Shown piece after piece: positions 1 through 8,244 of a DNA stretch of 56,239 bases. Position 1 is the first letter of the stretch; each line of letters begins with the position of its first letter. The notes under the pieces are model-generated. The model made no database searches and was not told the DNA's origin. It was given only the letters and a program-made list of their open reading frames with translations. This DNA is from a virus (lineage: Duplodnaviria > Caudoviricetes): the IMG/VR virus record IMGVR_UViG_3300011334_000247, positions 1-56,239 of that record; one strand, 5' to 3'. Both the position numbers and the translations under genes were made by a program.

Positions 1-1194
1 AACGGAGATACAAGCGGCAGTGTGACGCTATCAGCGCCAGCAACAGCGGGTTCTGTAGTGGTGACCTTGCCAGCGACAACAGGAACGATGGCGGTGTTGC
101 CAACGGCTACTGGCGTATTGGCTGAATCTGCTGGTGGTACAGGTACTACGACTGGTTACTACGGCTTCAAGAACCGCATCATCAATGGTGCGATGGTGAT
201 TGACCAAAGAAATGCGGGGGCGAGTGTTACTGCAAATAATGATGTATTTGGAGTAGATAGATTTAAAACTGTAGCTTCGCAAAGTTCTAAATTAACTGTT
301 CAACAAAATGCTGGTTCAATTACTCCACCAACAGGATTTAGCAACTATTTAGGATTTACTTCATTATCTGCATATTCTGTTCTTACTAGTGATTTTTTCT
401 TTATTGCTCACAATATTGAAGGTTTTAACTTTGCTGATATGGGTTGGGGTACTGCAAGTGCTTCAACAGTCACATTGTCATTTTGGGTTCGTTCAAGCCT
501 GACAGGAACATTTGGTGCGGCTTTAAGAAATTCTGGGAGTAGTCGTAGCTATCCTTTTAGTTACACAATTTCTGTTGCAAACACATGGGAACAAAAAACC
601 ATTACTGTTGCTGGAGATACATCAGGAACTTGGATTGGCGCAACCAATGGAATTGGTTTGCAGTTAGCCATTTCTCTTGGTATGGGTTCTACATACAATG
701 GAACTGCTAATGCATGGGCATCTGCAAATTACGCATCAGTCACAGGCGCAACATCAGTAGTTGGCACAAACGGCGCTACTTTCTACATCACAGGCGTACA
801 GCTAGAAAAAGGCTCAACAGCAACGAGCTTTGATTACAGGCCATACGGCACGGAGTTGGCTTTGTGTCAGAGGTACTTTTTTCAATATCAAGGAAATGCT
901 ACAGCAACACCAATAGGTTCTGCATATTTGGCATCAACTGTTTCTGCCCAAGGTTATTTACAGTTTCCAGTTCCAATGCGAGCCGCACCTACGCAAACTG
1001 GTTCAGCCGCTACAGATATTCAAGTTACATGGTCTGCTGGTACTTCAACTACATCAGCATTAACACTTGATTTGGTTAATACATTGACAGCTTCGTTAAG
1101 AATAACTACAACAGGATTGACAACAGGCCAAGGTGGTTATTTTTTAATTGCGGCTGGAACATCAAAATATCTTGCCTTTTCTGCGGAGTTATAA
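1..1194 (+). CDS. Tail fibre / receptor-binding protein (5'-truncated; carbohydrate-binding-like domain)
   Basis: Frame open from base 1 (NGDTSGSVTLSAP...); FKNRIINGAMVIDQRN...TLSFWVRSS...ITGVQLEKGSTATSFDYRPYGTELALCQRYF is a typical phage fibre signature; paralog/allele at 55660. Confidence 0.8.
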   Translation, partial: NGDTSGSVTLSAPATAGSVVVTLPATTGTMAVLPTATGVLAESAGGTGTTTGYYGFKNRIINGAMVIDQRNAGASVTANNDVFGVDRFKTVASQSSKLTVQQNAGSITPPTGFSNYLGFTSLSAYSVLTSDFFFIAHNIEGFNFADMGWGTASASTVTLSFWVRSSLTGTFGAALRNSGSSRSYPFSYTISVANTWEQKTITVAGDTSGTWIGATNGIGLQLAISLGMGSTYNGTANAWASANYASVTGATSVVGTNGATFYITGVQLEKGSTATSFDYRPYGTELALCQRYFFQYQGNATATPIGSAYLASTVSAQGYLQFPVPMRAAPTQTGSAATDIQVTWSAGTSTTSALTLDLVNTLTASLRITTTGLTTGQGGYFLIAAGTSKYLAFSAEL

Positions 1195-1347
1195 ATGTAT
1201 AAATTAGAAAATGACAATGTAATTAGACGATTAGCCGACAATGCTTGCATACCAAAAGATGAGGCCAACACCGACTACCAAGCCTACCTAACATGGCTTG
1301 CAGAGGGCAACATACCAGAGCCTGCTGACCAAGGAGAACAACAATGA
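1195..1347 (+). CDS. Small fibre-associated (assembly chaperone-like) protein, 50 aa
   Basis: Read manually: [50 protein letters not shown]; IPxDxxNxDYQxYLxW motif typical after fibre genes; abuts both neighbours. Confidence 0.75.
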   Translation: MYKLENDNVIRRLADNACIPKDEANTDYQAYLTWLAEGNIPEPADQGEQQ

Positions 1348-2123
1348 CCACAACAATCAATGCCAGCACCAGTGCTGGTCTAGTCCAGACTGCTGACACC
1401 AGCGGCGTGTTGGCGCTTCAGACTGCTGGGACAACGGCGGTAAGTATCAGTGCGGCACAGGTTGTTACGTTGACCAATGCTTTGCCTGTGGCTTCAGGTG
1501 GCACAGGACTGACTACCGTTCCACATACAGTCCAAGTATTTACTTCTGGTTCAGGCACTTATACAACCCCTGCAAACTGTAAAGCTATTTGGGTGCGTTG
1601 TGTTGGCGGCGGCGGTGGAGGCGCAAGTAATGGCGCATCTGGACAAAACGGTGGTTCTGGCGGCGGAAACACAACATTTGGCACATTAACCGCAAATGGC
1701 GGCGGTGGATCGTTTTATACAGCCGCCGGAGGTGCTGCCTCTGGTGGTGACATCAATAGTTATGGTGGGTCAACCGGAGTTCCCGGCAATTCATCACCGT
1801 TGCTTTATCAAGGTTATTGCGGTCCCGGCGGTTCTTCTGTTCTTGGCTGCGGTGGACCCGGCGGTTCAAATGGCGGTGCTGCTGGTAATCCTGGAGGTCA
1901 ATATGGCGGCGGCGGCGGCGGTTGTGGAACAAATAGTTCTTATCTTGCTATGGCTGGTGGCGGTGGGGGTGGCTATACAGAAAAGTTAATTAACTCACCG
2001 AGTGCAACATATTCTTATGCCGTGGGTGCTGGTGGTGCTGGTGGAACTGGTGGCGGCACAGGTGGCGGCGTAGGTGGCGCAGGAGCGGCTGGCGTAATTA
2101 TTGTCACGGAGTACTATGTATGA
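1344..2123 (+). CDS. Glycine-rich tail fibre/adhesin-like protein
   Basis: [11 protein letters not shown]...VGGGGGG...[11 protein letters not shown] glycine-rich domain; located in fibre cluster. Confidence 0.7.
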   Translation: MTTTINASTSAGLVQTADTSGVLALQTAGTTAVSISAAQVVTLTNALPVASGGTGLTTVPHTVQVFTSGSGTYTTPANCKAIWVRCVGGGGGGASNGASGQNGGSGGGNTTFGTLTANGGGGSFYTAAGGAASGGDINSYGGSTGVPGNSSPLLYQGYCGPGGSSVLGCGGPGGSNGGAAGNPGGQYGGGGGGCGTNSSYLAMAGGGGGGYTEKLINSPSATYSYAVGAGGAGGTGGGTGGGVGGAGAAGVIIVTEYYV

Positions 2124-2386
2124 AATACGCAATTGTTAAAGACGGTGTGGTTGTTAATGTGATTGAATATGAAACACAGCCCTCTACGCCTCCTGCGGGC
2201 TTTGAAGATGGGCATGTAGCTATCCAACAAAATCACGTTAGCGTAGGCTGGCTCTATGCAAACGGCACATTCACAGACCCAAATCCGCCAAAGCAAATGC
2301 AGGTTGACCCACCAAAGTCATTAACCGATATGATTCTTGCCAACCCCACAGAGTTGGCAAAACTTAAACAAGCATTGGGGATATAA
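2120..2386 (+). CDS. Small fibre-associated protein
   Basis: [15 protein letters not shown]...VGWLYANGTFTDP, typical partner of Gly-rich adhesin genes; ATGA coupling. Confidence 0.65.
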   Translation: MKYAIVKDGVVVNVIEYETQPSTPPAGFEDGHVAIQQNHVSVGWLYANGTFTDPNPPKQMQVDPPKSLTDMILANPTELAKLKQALGI

Positions 2387-2387
2387 C

Positions 2388-2549
2388 ATGGCAATCACGC
2401 TAGACGGCACAACGGGCATCACGACCCCCGGACTCACCAACACAGGCATCCCTGCTAACGTAGCCGCAATTTGCAATGCGGCTTGGACATCTGAAGTCAT
2501 TGCCGCTTACCAAGCACAGTTGGAAGCCAATAAACCTGTAGGAGTTTAA
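2388..2549 (+). pseudogene. Chimeric 53-aa remnant: fibre N-terminus fused to C-terminus of a fibre-associated protein
   Basis: MAITLDGTTGITTPGLTNTG resembles neighbouring fibre N-termini; IPANVAAICNAAWTSEVIAAYQAQ resembles the C-terminus of a common small fibre-partner protein. Confidence 0.55.
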
Positions 2550-2551
2550 TC

Positions 2552-3739
2552 ATGGCGGTGATAATAAATGGCACAAGTGGCATCACGAATGTCAACGGTT
2601 CTGCATCCACTCCAGCAGAGACAGGAACAGATACCGACACAGGTATTTACTACGGAACAAACACAGTTGGTTTAGCCACCAACGGTACAAATGCGTTGTT
2701 TATTGATGCTTCACAGAATGTGGGGATAGGTACAACAGACACCACAAATCAGCGTTTAAAAATTAAACAATCTGCTGATACTGGAGCGGCGTCTTTCTCA
2801 TTTAAAGTAGAGGCTAATGTTAATGATACTGGTTTGTTTCTAGGTTATCGTGGGGTTGGAGCGGCAACAGCGGCAGATACTTGTGCGATTAATGCTTCGT
2901 ATGTTTCTACTGGCGCATTTAAACCAATTACATTCCTTACGTCAGACGCAGAACGTATGCGTATCGACACCTCTGGTAATGTGGGGATTGGTACGAGTTC
3001 GCCAAGTTATAAATTGGATGTGCGTAGTACGCTTGCTGTTTTGGATGGTTCATCCAACATCGGCTTCTATGCAAATGGAAGTGCATATACCCAAATATGG
3101 CAAACGCTTCAGTCTACAAATGATTTTATTATTCAAACAACAGCGTCTAAATATATTTCGTTTGGAATAAATAGCGCAGAAAAAGTGCGTATCGACACCA
3201 GCGGTAACTTGCTGGTGGGGACTACTGCCCAACCTGCCACGGGAGTAGGCGTTCAAGTTATTTCATTCAATAATGCATATTACGGATTACGCCTTTCAAC
3301 ATCCAACTCTGGCGGCGCTAGTTGTATCCAGTTCTTAAACTCTGCTGGAACTCAACAAGGTTTGATTTCGCACAACGGCACAGGAACTACGACTTATGGA
3401 ACATCGTCAGATTACCGACTAAAGGACAACCCACAACCAATGCAGAACGCTTTGGAGACTGTGGCAAAACTTAATCCTGTTACATACACATGGAAAATAG
3501 ATGGTTCTATTGGTCAAGGTTTCATAGCCCACGAACTTCAAGAAATATTTCCAGACGCAGTACAAGGCGAAAAAGATGATGTTAATGAAGATGGCTCAAT
3601 CAAGCCACAGGGCATCGACACCAGCTTCTTGGTTGCCACATTGACAGCGGCAATACAGGAACTCAAAGCATTGGTAGACACACAAGCATCTACCATCACA
3701 GCCCTGACAGCACGAATTGAATCACTGGAGACAAAATGA
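2552..3739 (+). CDS. Tail fibre protein with C-terminal intramolecular chaperone (peptidase S74) domain
   Basis: Repeated ERMRIDTSGNVGIGT units; TSSDYRLK...GFIAHELQEIFPDAV...LTAAIQEL coiled coil. Confidence 0.85.
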   Translation: MAVIINGTSGITNVNGSASTPAETGTDTDTGIYYGTNTVGLATNGTNALFIDASQNVGIGTTDTTNQRLKIKQSADTGAASFSFKVEANVNDTGLFLGYRGVGAATAADTCAINASYVSTGAFKPITFLTSDAERMRIDTSGNVGIGTSSPSYKLDVRSTLAVLDGSSNIGFYANGSAYTQIWQTLQSTNDFIIQTTASKYISFGINSAEKVRIDTSGNLLVGTTAQPATGVGVQVISFNNAYYGLRLSTSNSGGASCIQFLNSAGTQQGLISHNGTGTTTYGTSSDYRLKDNPQPMQNALETVAKLNPVTYTWKIDGSIGQGFIAHELQEIFPDAVQGEKDDVNEDGSIKPQGIDTSFLVATLTAAIQELKALVDTQASTITALTARIESLETK

Positions 3740-3879
3740 ACGAAGTAAAACTCTCAACCAACTTGGTAAATGCCATCCTGCAATACCTTGGTAGCCGTCC
3801 ATACACTGAAGTGTTTCAGGTCATAGAGGCTATCCAAAAGGAAGCCAAAGAACAGGCCGAAGCGCCTGCTGCGGAATGA
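3736..3879 (+). CDS. Hypothetical protein, 47 aa
   Basis: Read manually: MNEVKLSTNLVNAILQYLGSRPYTEVFQVIEAIQKEAKEQAEAPAAE; GGAG RBS, ATGA overlap. Confidence 0.7.
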   Translation: MNEVKLSTNLVNAILQYLGSRPYTEVFQVIEAIQKEAKEQAEAPAAE

Positions 3880-3882
3880 CCA

Positions 3883-4077
3883 ATGGAAACTACAGAAACA
3901 AAACTTGCCGTGCATGAGGCCGTTTGCGCTGAACGCTACCGAAACATTGAAGATGCAATGGACCGTGGCAAGACTCGCATGCGCACCATTGAGATTCAGC
4001 TCTACATCGTGATTGCTGCCGTACTCTTTGGTCCAGGCGTGGCCGCTGAGTTCGTAAAGAAAATCCTGGGGCTGTAA
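3883..4077 (+). CDS. Small membrane protein (XhlA/holin-like)
   Basis: HEAVCAERY coiled coil followed by a C-terminal TM segment; start of lysis region. Confidence 0.6.
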   Translation: METTETKLAVHEAVCAERYRNIEDAMDRGKTRMRTIEIQLYIVIAAVLFGPGVAAEFVKKILGL

Positions 4078-4081
4078 CGAT

Positions 4082-4786
4082 GTGGACCCCATATCGCTGT
4101 GCCTCCTTGCCGCCGGGCTAGTTAAACAAATCCAGGCTGGGTGCGACCTTTACCGTGAGGCGAAAACCCAGTTCATCCAGGTAAAGAAAACAGCAGATGA
4201 AGTGATAGCGATCGGCAAGGAGGCCAAGGGCTTCTTTGCCAAGCTGGTGCAGTTCTTCAGCCCTGCGCCAGCAAAGACCCCCGCTGCGGCAAGCAAGCCC
4301 GCAGCAAAGAAAAAAGAGCAGTTTGTCGATGTCGACGAGCAGCAGATTCTGAACGATGTCGTGGCCAGGCTCATCGAGTTCTTCCATATCCAGGAACAGC
4401 TTGCGGCTCACATACGCGAGGAGGAAGAAAAGTCTCGGACCGTGTACGACCCGAACGCCAACCTCATGGAAGCGGCGATCAAGAGGGTCAGGGCGCAAGA
4501 CCAAATGGACCAACTGGTCATCACCATAAGAGAGGCGATGACCTGGAACGCTCCGCCGGAGCTTGGTGCCCTGTACAGCAAGGTATTCGAGATGCGTGAA
4601 ATTGTCGGCGCTGAGCAAGAAGCTGCCAGGCTGGCACAGGAGGCAATCGCCAAAAGGAAACGATGGCAACGTCAGCAAAGGGAGGCGGACAGAAACTTAA
4701 AAATCGGAGCAAGCCTCCTGACTTTGGCTCTTATCGTATACCTGTGGATGTGGCTCCTGTGGCTCAAACAAGCGAGGATACTGTGA
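4082..4786 (+). CDS. Hypothetical coiled-coil protein with C-terminal TM
   Basis: 234-aa ORF, MDPIS start, hydrophobic C-terminus. Confidence 0.7.
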   Translation: MDPISLCLLAAGLVKQIQAGCDLYREAKTQFIQVKKTADEVIAIGKEAKGFFAKLVQFFSPAPAKTPAAASKPAAKKKEQFVDVDEQQILNDVVARLIEFFHIQEQLAAHIREEEEKSRTVYDPNANLMEAAIKRVRAQDQMDQLVITIREAMTWNAPPELGALYSKVFEMREIVGAEQEAARLAQEAIAKRKRWQRQQREADRNLKIGASLLTLALIVYLWMWLLWLKQARIL

Positions 4787-5016
4787 TGGGCGTTTTAGGT
4801 TGGGTTCTTGCGACGATTCTCGTAGCGTTCTTGCTGCCGATGCTCGCCTTTTTGTATCTGGATATTCTCGAGGCCAAGCACGAGACCAAGGTCCAGCTGG
4901 AGCAAGTGCAGAAGTTAAGACGCGAAGTCGAGAAGCAACGACGAGAAGATAAGAAGCCCGAAAGTTTTTCTGACAATCCATTGTTTGACCGAAGGAGTAA
5001 ACGTGAACATTTTTGA
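4786..5016 (+). CDS. Hypothetical membrane protein
   Basis: MGVLGWVLATILVAFLLPMLAFLYLD TM segment plus coiled coil; TGATG coupling. Confidence 0.6.
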   Translation: MGVLGWVLATILVAFLLPMLAFLYLDILEAKHETKVQLEQVQKLRREVEKQRREDKKPESFSDNPLFDRRSKREHF

Positions 5017-5188
5017 AATATGGGTTCTGTCGGTTTTGCTGGTGCTGGCCACTGGATGCGAAGAGCGTTTTCGCTACCCATGCCAAAACCCTAAGAACTG
5101 GGAAACAGCCGAGTGCAAGCCACCCATCTGCACTGCCACTGGCACATGCCCTGAACAACTCACCAAACCTGAACTGGAGAAAAAGTAA
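5003..5188 (+). CDS. Putative Cys-rich lipoprotein
   Basis: AAGGAG RBS before GTG; lipobox LATG-C; RYPCQNPKNW...CKPPIC...C. Confidence 0.65.
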   Translation: MNIFEIWVLSVLLVLATGCEERFRYPCQNPKNWETAECKPPICTATGTCPEQLTKPELEKK

Positions 5189-5502
5189 TGCCTACAGTCG
5201 TAATGAATTCCAAACAACGCCTGAGTGTTGAAGAGATCGAAGTCCGTGTCTGGGCATTTGTGATCACGGCCCTGGTCATAATCCTTCTCGGTTCAGTCGC
5301 CATGTTCCTCTACAGCGTCAGCTTCGTCACTCAACCAATGGCAGGCATGGCCCCCATAGACAAGGTGTACACGCAGCAAATCTCCACCATCATGGTGTTC
5401 ATCACCGGCGTGCTCGGTGGCGTTGCCGGTCGATCTGGTGCCAAGGCCGTGGCCAATGCGATTGCCAAAGCTGAAGCGAATGACGACGAGGCTAAGGAAT
5501 GA
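5188..5502 (+). CDS. Two-TM membrane protein (holin candidate)
   Basis: Two hydrophobic segments, upstream of spanin/endolysin. Confidence 0.55.
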   Translation: MPTVVMNSKQRLSVEEIEVRVWAFVITALVIILLGSVAMFLYSVSFVTQPMAGMAPIDKVYTQQISTIMVFITGVLGGVAGRSGAKAVANAIAKAEANDDEAKE

Positions 5503-5984
5503 GTTTGTTCAATCCGTATGTCTTACTAGGCATTGTGCTGGCCATCCTGGCCAGCTTTGGTAGCGGCTACTACAAGGGCGGTCAAGACGAGTTTGCTAAA
5601 CAGCAAATGGAGATTGCCGCCCTGAATCAGAAGAGTCGAGAGACTGAACAGAAGATGGTCGAAGAGGCCAATGACCTAGCACTGAAATTGAAGAAGGCTG
5701 AAAACGATGCAAAACTTGTTACTCAAAAGCGCAACTCTGACATTGATTCTGGCGCTCTCAAGCTGCGGATTCCTGTCAAAGCAGCCGCCTGCCCAACCGT
5801 ATCAGCCTCCGCAGATACCCCCGCTCCCGCCGGAGATAGCGTTCAAGCAACAGCCGAACTTGACAGAGAGGTTGCTAAATCTCTTGTCGCCATCACCGAC
5901 CAAGGCGACGCCAACACCAGGCAGCTCAACGCCTGCATCGATGCCTATAACGCCGTCTACCAAACCCTGAAAGGAAAACCATGA
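5499..5984 (+). CDS. i-spanin (Rz-like)
   Basis: N-terminal TM, coiled coil, LRIPV...C...GD...QLNACIDAY; contains nested lipoprotein ORF. Confidence 0.8.
   Translation: MSLFNPYVLLGIVLAILASFGSGYYKGGQDEFAKQQMEIAALNQKSRETEQKMVEEANDLALKLKKAENDAKLVTQKRNSDIDSGALKLRIPVKAAACPTVSASADTPAPAGDSVQATAELDREVAKSLVAITDQGDANTRQLNACIDAYNAVYQTLKGKP
5707..5970 (+). CDS. o-spanin (Rz1-like lipoprotein) nested in +1 frame of Rz
   Basis: Signal peptide with lipobox LSS-C followed by a proline-rich mature part, fully embedded in Rz. Confidence 0.75.
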   Translation: MQNLLLKSATLTLILALSSCGFLSKQPPAQPYQPPQIPPLPPEIAFKQQPNLTERLLNLLSPSPTKATPTPGSSTPASMPITPSTKP

Positions 5985-6592
5985 CTTCTGAAGAATTAGC
6001 ACAAGCCCTTAAATTAACGCCCGCAAAGGCAGAGGAGTGGATCGATGCAATCAATGAAACCTGTGATCGTTTTGACATATCAACGCCTGAAAGACAGGCT
6101 TGCTTCCTGGGCCAGTGCGCTCACGAAAGCGGTGGGTTCTCTGCTCTCCAAGAAAACCTAAACTACAAACAAGAAAGCCTGTGCAAGGTTTGGCCAAAGC
6201 GTTTCCCCACCCTGCACGACGCTGAGCCTTACCATAAGCAGCCACAGAAGATTGCCAACAAGGTGTATGCCTCACGTATGGGCAACGGCGATGAAGCCTC
6301 TGGCAACGGTTGGAAGTACCGTGGACGCGGTCTGATTCAATTGACCGGCCATGACAACTACAAAGCCTGCGGCGAAGCCCTGGGAGTTGACCTGCTGGAA
6401 AACCCTGACCTGGTGGCCACGCCCCAGTACGCGGCCCTGTCAGCTGGCTGGGTCTGGGCCAAAAACCACCTTAACGCATACGCCGACAAAAACGACATGG
6501 AAGGCTTGACCAAGAAGATCAACGGCGGCACCCATGGGATTGAAGACCGTATCGCCCGTACCCAGCTTGCGCTGGATACCCTGATGGCATAA
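5981..6592 (+). CDS. Endolysin, glycoside hydrolase family 19
   Basis: FLGQCAHESGGF..ENLNY, YRGRGLIQLTGHDNY, TKKINGG motifs. Confidence 0.9.
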   Translation: MTSEELAQALKLTPAKAEEWIDAINETCDRFDISTPERQACFLGQCAHESGGFSALQENLNYKQESLCKVWPKRFPTLHDAEPYHKQPQKIANKVYASRMGNGDEASGNGWKYRGRGLIQLTGHDNYKACGEALGVDLLENPDLVATPQYAALSAGWVWAKNHLNAYADKNDMEGLTKKINGGTHGIEDRIARTQLALDTLMA

Positions 6593-6616
6593 AATCTTTG
6601 TAGGGACCTCACGTCC
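6567..6616 (+). promoter_or_regulatory. Late promoter 1 (TTGCGC-17-TAAAAT) with GGGACC leader hairpin
   Basis: -35 6567-6572, -10 6590-6595, GGGACCTCACGTCC 6603-6616; same layout at 41231 and 47337. Confidence 0.65.
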
Positions 6617-6618
6617 GC

Positions 6619-6649
6619 AAAAAGCCGCTTTCGAGCGGCTTTTTCTTTT
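6619..6649 (+). terminator. Intrinsic terminator
   Basis: AAAAAGCCGCT-TTCG-AGCGGCTTTTT. Confidence 0.8.
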
Positions 6650-6658
6650 GGAGCACAC

Positions 6659-7801
6659 ATGGCAACAGCAGCAAATCCTTTTGACATTAACACCACCGGC
6701 GGCACGCTCACGCCCGGGACGGCCACCACTGCTGCCCAGTTTGACCCGGTCCAACGCCAGGTAGACGCGGCCAAGGAAACAACAGCTGGCCAATTACAAG
6801 GCATCATGGCTGAAGACAGCCCGCTCATGCAGCAGGCCCGTGCACAGGCCAAGCAGGGTATGGCTGCCCGTGGCTTGATCAACAGCTCTATGGCACAAGG
6901 AGCGGGCGTAGCGGCCATGCTGGAGCGTGCTACACCGATCGCGGCAGCCGACGCAGGCACCGACTTCAACCAAGCCCACACCAACCAACAGGCGGCCAAC
7001 ACCGGCGGCCAATTCAACGCTGGCCAACAAAACCAGTTTGGCTTGCAAAAAGGTGCCCAGACTTTTGCCACGGGCGAACGCACAGCCGGGCAGGAATTTG
7101 CAGCTGGCCAAGCTGGCCTGGAACGCGAACAGCAGTCCAAGCTACAAGTTGCACAGCAAAACTTTACCGGCGCTCAGTCAGCCCTGGACCGCGCACAGCA
7201 ACTCGTGCTTACCGACAAAAGCATCGAAGCTCAAAACTCTTTGCAAAAAGCACAGCAAGACTTTGCCAGTGCGCAAGCCGGTTTGGACCGTGCGCAGCAA
7301 ACCGCTTTGCAAACAGGTCAACAAACATTTACCGCTGGCCAGGCAGCCCTGGAGCGCACACAGCAAACGACCATGCTCAAGGCGCAGCAAGACTTTGCAA
7401 GCGCACAGTCTGCCCTCGATCGAGCACAGCAGGTTTCGCTTACCGATAAAAGCATTACGGCCCAAGCCAATTTGCAAAAAGCTCAGCAAGATTTCCAAGC
7501 CGCTCAAGGTGTTTTGGAGCGCGAGCAGCAAACTACTTTGCAAAACGATCAACAGGCTGCGGCCCTGGAGCAGATCGGGTTCAAGGCCAAGGTCGACCTG
7601 CAAAACATTCCAACCGCGTTTGCAGCCAACATCACCAACACCACCATGAACGGCGTCAACGCAATCATGGCCGACGGCAACATGAACGCAGATGCCAAGA
7701 AGGCAGCCGTTGCCAATTTGATTACCTACGCAAACGCGCAGGTAGACTGGGCAAATAAGTTTTATAGTGCAGCCATTCCTCCCATCAAAGCACCTGCATG
7801 A
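6659..7801 (+). CDS. Putative internal virion/ejection protein with ~22-aa Gln/Ala repeats
   Basis: Repeated QQxFxxAQxxLxRxQQ units; position before GNAT and giant proteins. Confidence 0.6.
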   Translation: MATAANPFDINTTGGTLTPGTATTAAQFDPVQRQVDAAKETTAGQLQGIMAEDSPLMQQARAQAKQGMAARGLINSSMAQGAGVAAMLERATPIAAADAGTDFNQAHTNQQAANTGGQFNAGQQNQFGLQKGAQTFATGERTAGQEFAAGQAGLEREQQSKLQVAQQNFTGAQSALDRAQQLVLTDKSIEAQNSLQKAQQDFASAQAGLDRAQQTALQTGQQTFTAGQAALERTQQTTMLKAQQDFASAQSALDRAQQVSLTDKSITAQANLQKAQQDFQAAQGVLEREQQTTLQNDQQAAALEQIGFKAKVDLQNIPTAFAANITNTTMNGVNAIMADGNMNADAKKAAVANLITYANAQVDWANKFYSAAIPPIKAPA

Positions 7802-8244
7802 TCTATCGCAAAGCCAAACTAGAAGACGTCCCGGCCATCGTAGAGTTGGCCGTCATCTCCGTGTCAAACGACCCGTTGCCAGTCAAGATTGACAAGCTGT
7901 CGATGTCTGACACGGCCAAGGTGTGTTTGAACCCGGCTCACTTTTTGTGGGTTGCTGAGGACGAAGACGGCAAGATCGTTGCTGCGTTTGCAGCTTGCGT
8001 GCAAAAGAGTTTTTGGTTTGAGCGCATGCAGTGTTCGGTGCTTCTGTATTACACAACGGTCAAGGGCGCTGGCCTTCCATTGATTCGTGAGTTTGCTAGG
8101 TGGGTCAAAAGCAGATCGGCAATCAAGTTGGCGATCATTGAGTTAGAGCCTGGCGTAGACCCGCGCTTGGCAAAGTTTATTAAACGTCTTGGGTTCTCTC
8201 GAGAATCCATGAATCTCTGTTACGTAAGAGGAGTTCCAACATGA
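7798..8244 (+). CDS. GNAT-fold acetyltransferase-like protein
   Basis: MIYRKAKLEDVPAIVEL start, GAGLPLIREF..W, FIKRLGF end. Confidence 0.65.
   Translation: MIYRKAKLEDVPAIVELAVISVSNDPLPVKIDKLSMSDTAKVCLNPAHFLWVAEDEDGKIVAAFAACVQKSFWFERMQCSVLLYYTTVKGAGLPLIREFARWVKSRSAIKLAIIELEPGVDPRLAKFIKRLGFSRESMNLCYVRGVPT

Noticed and set aside
1-3739. Diversity-generating retroelement acting on fibre genes
   Set aside because: No reverse transcriptase in the window, and differences between the two fibre copies include indels and are not adenine-specific.
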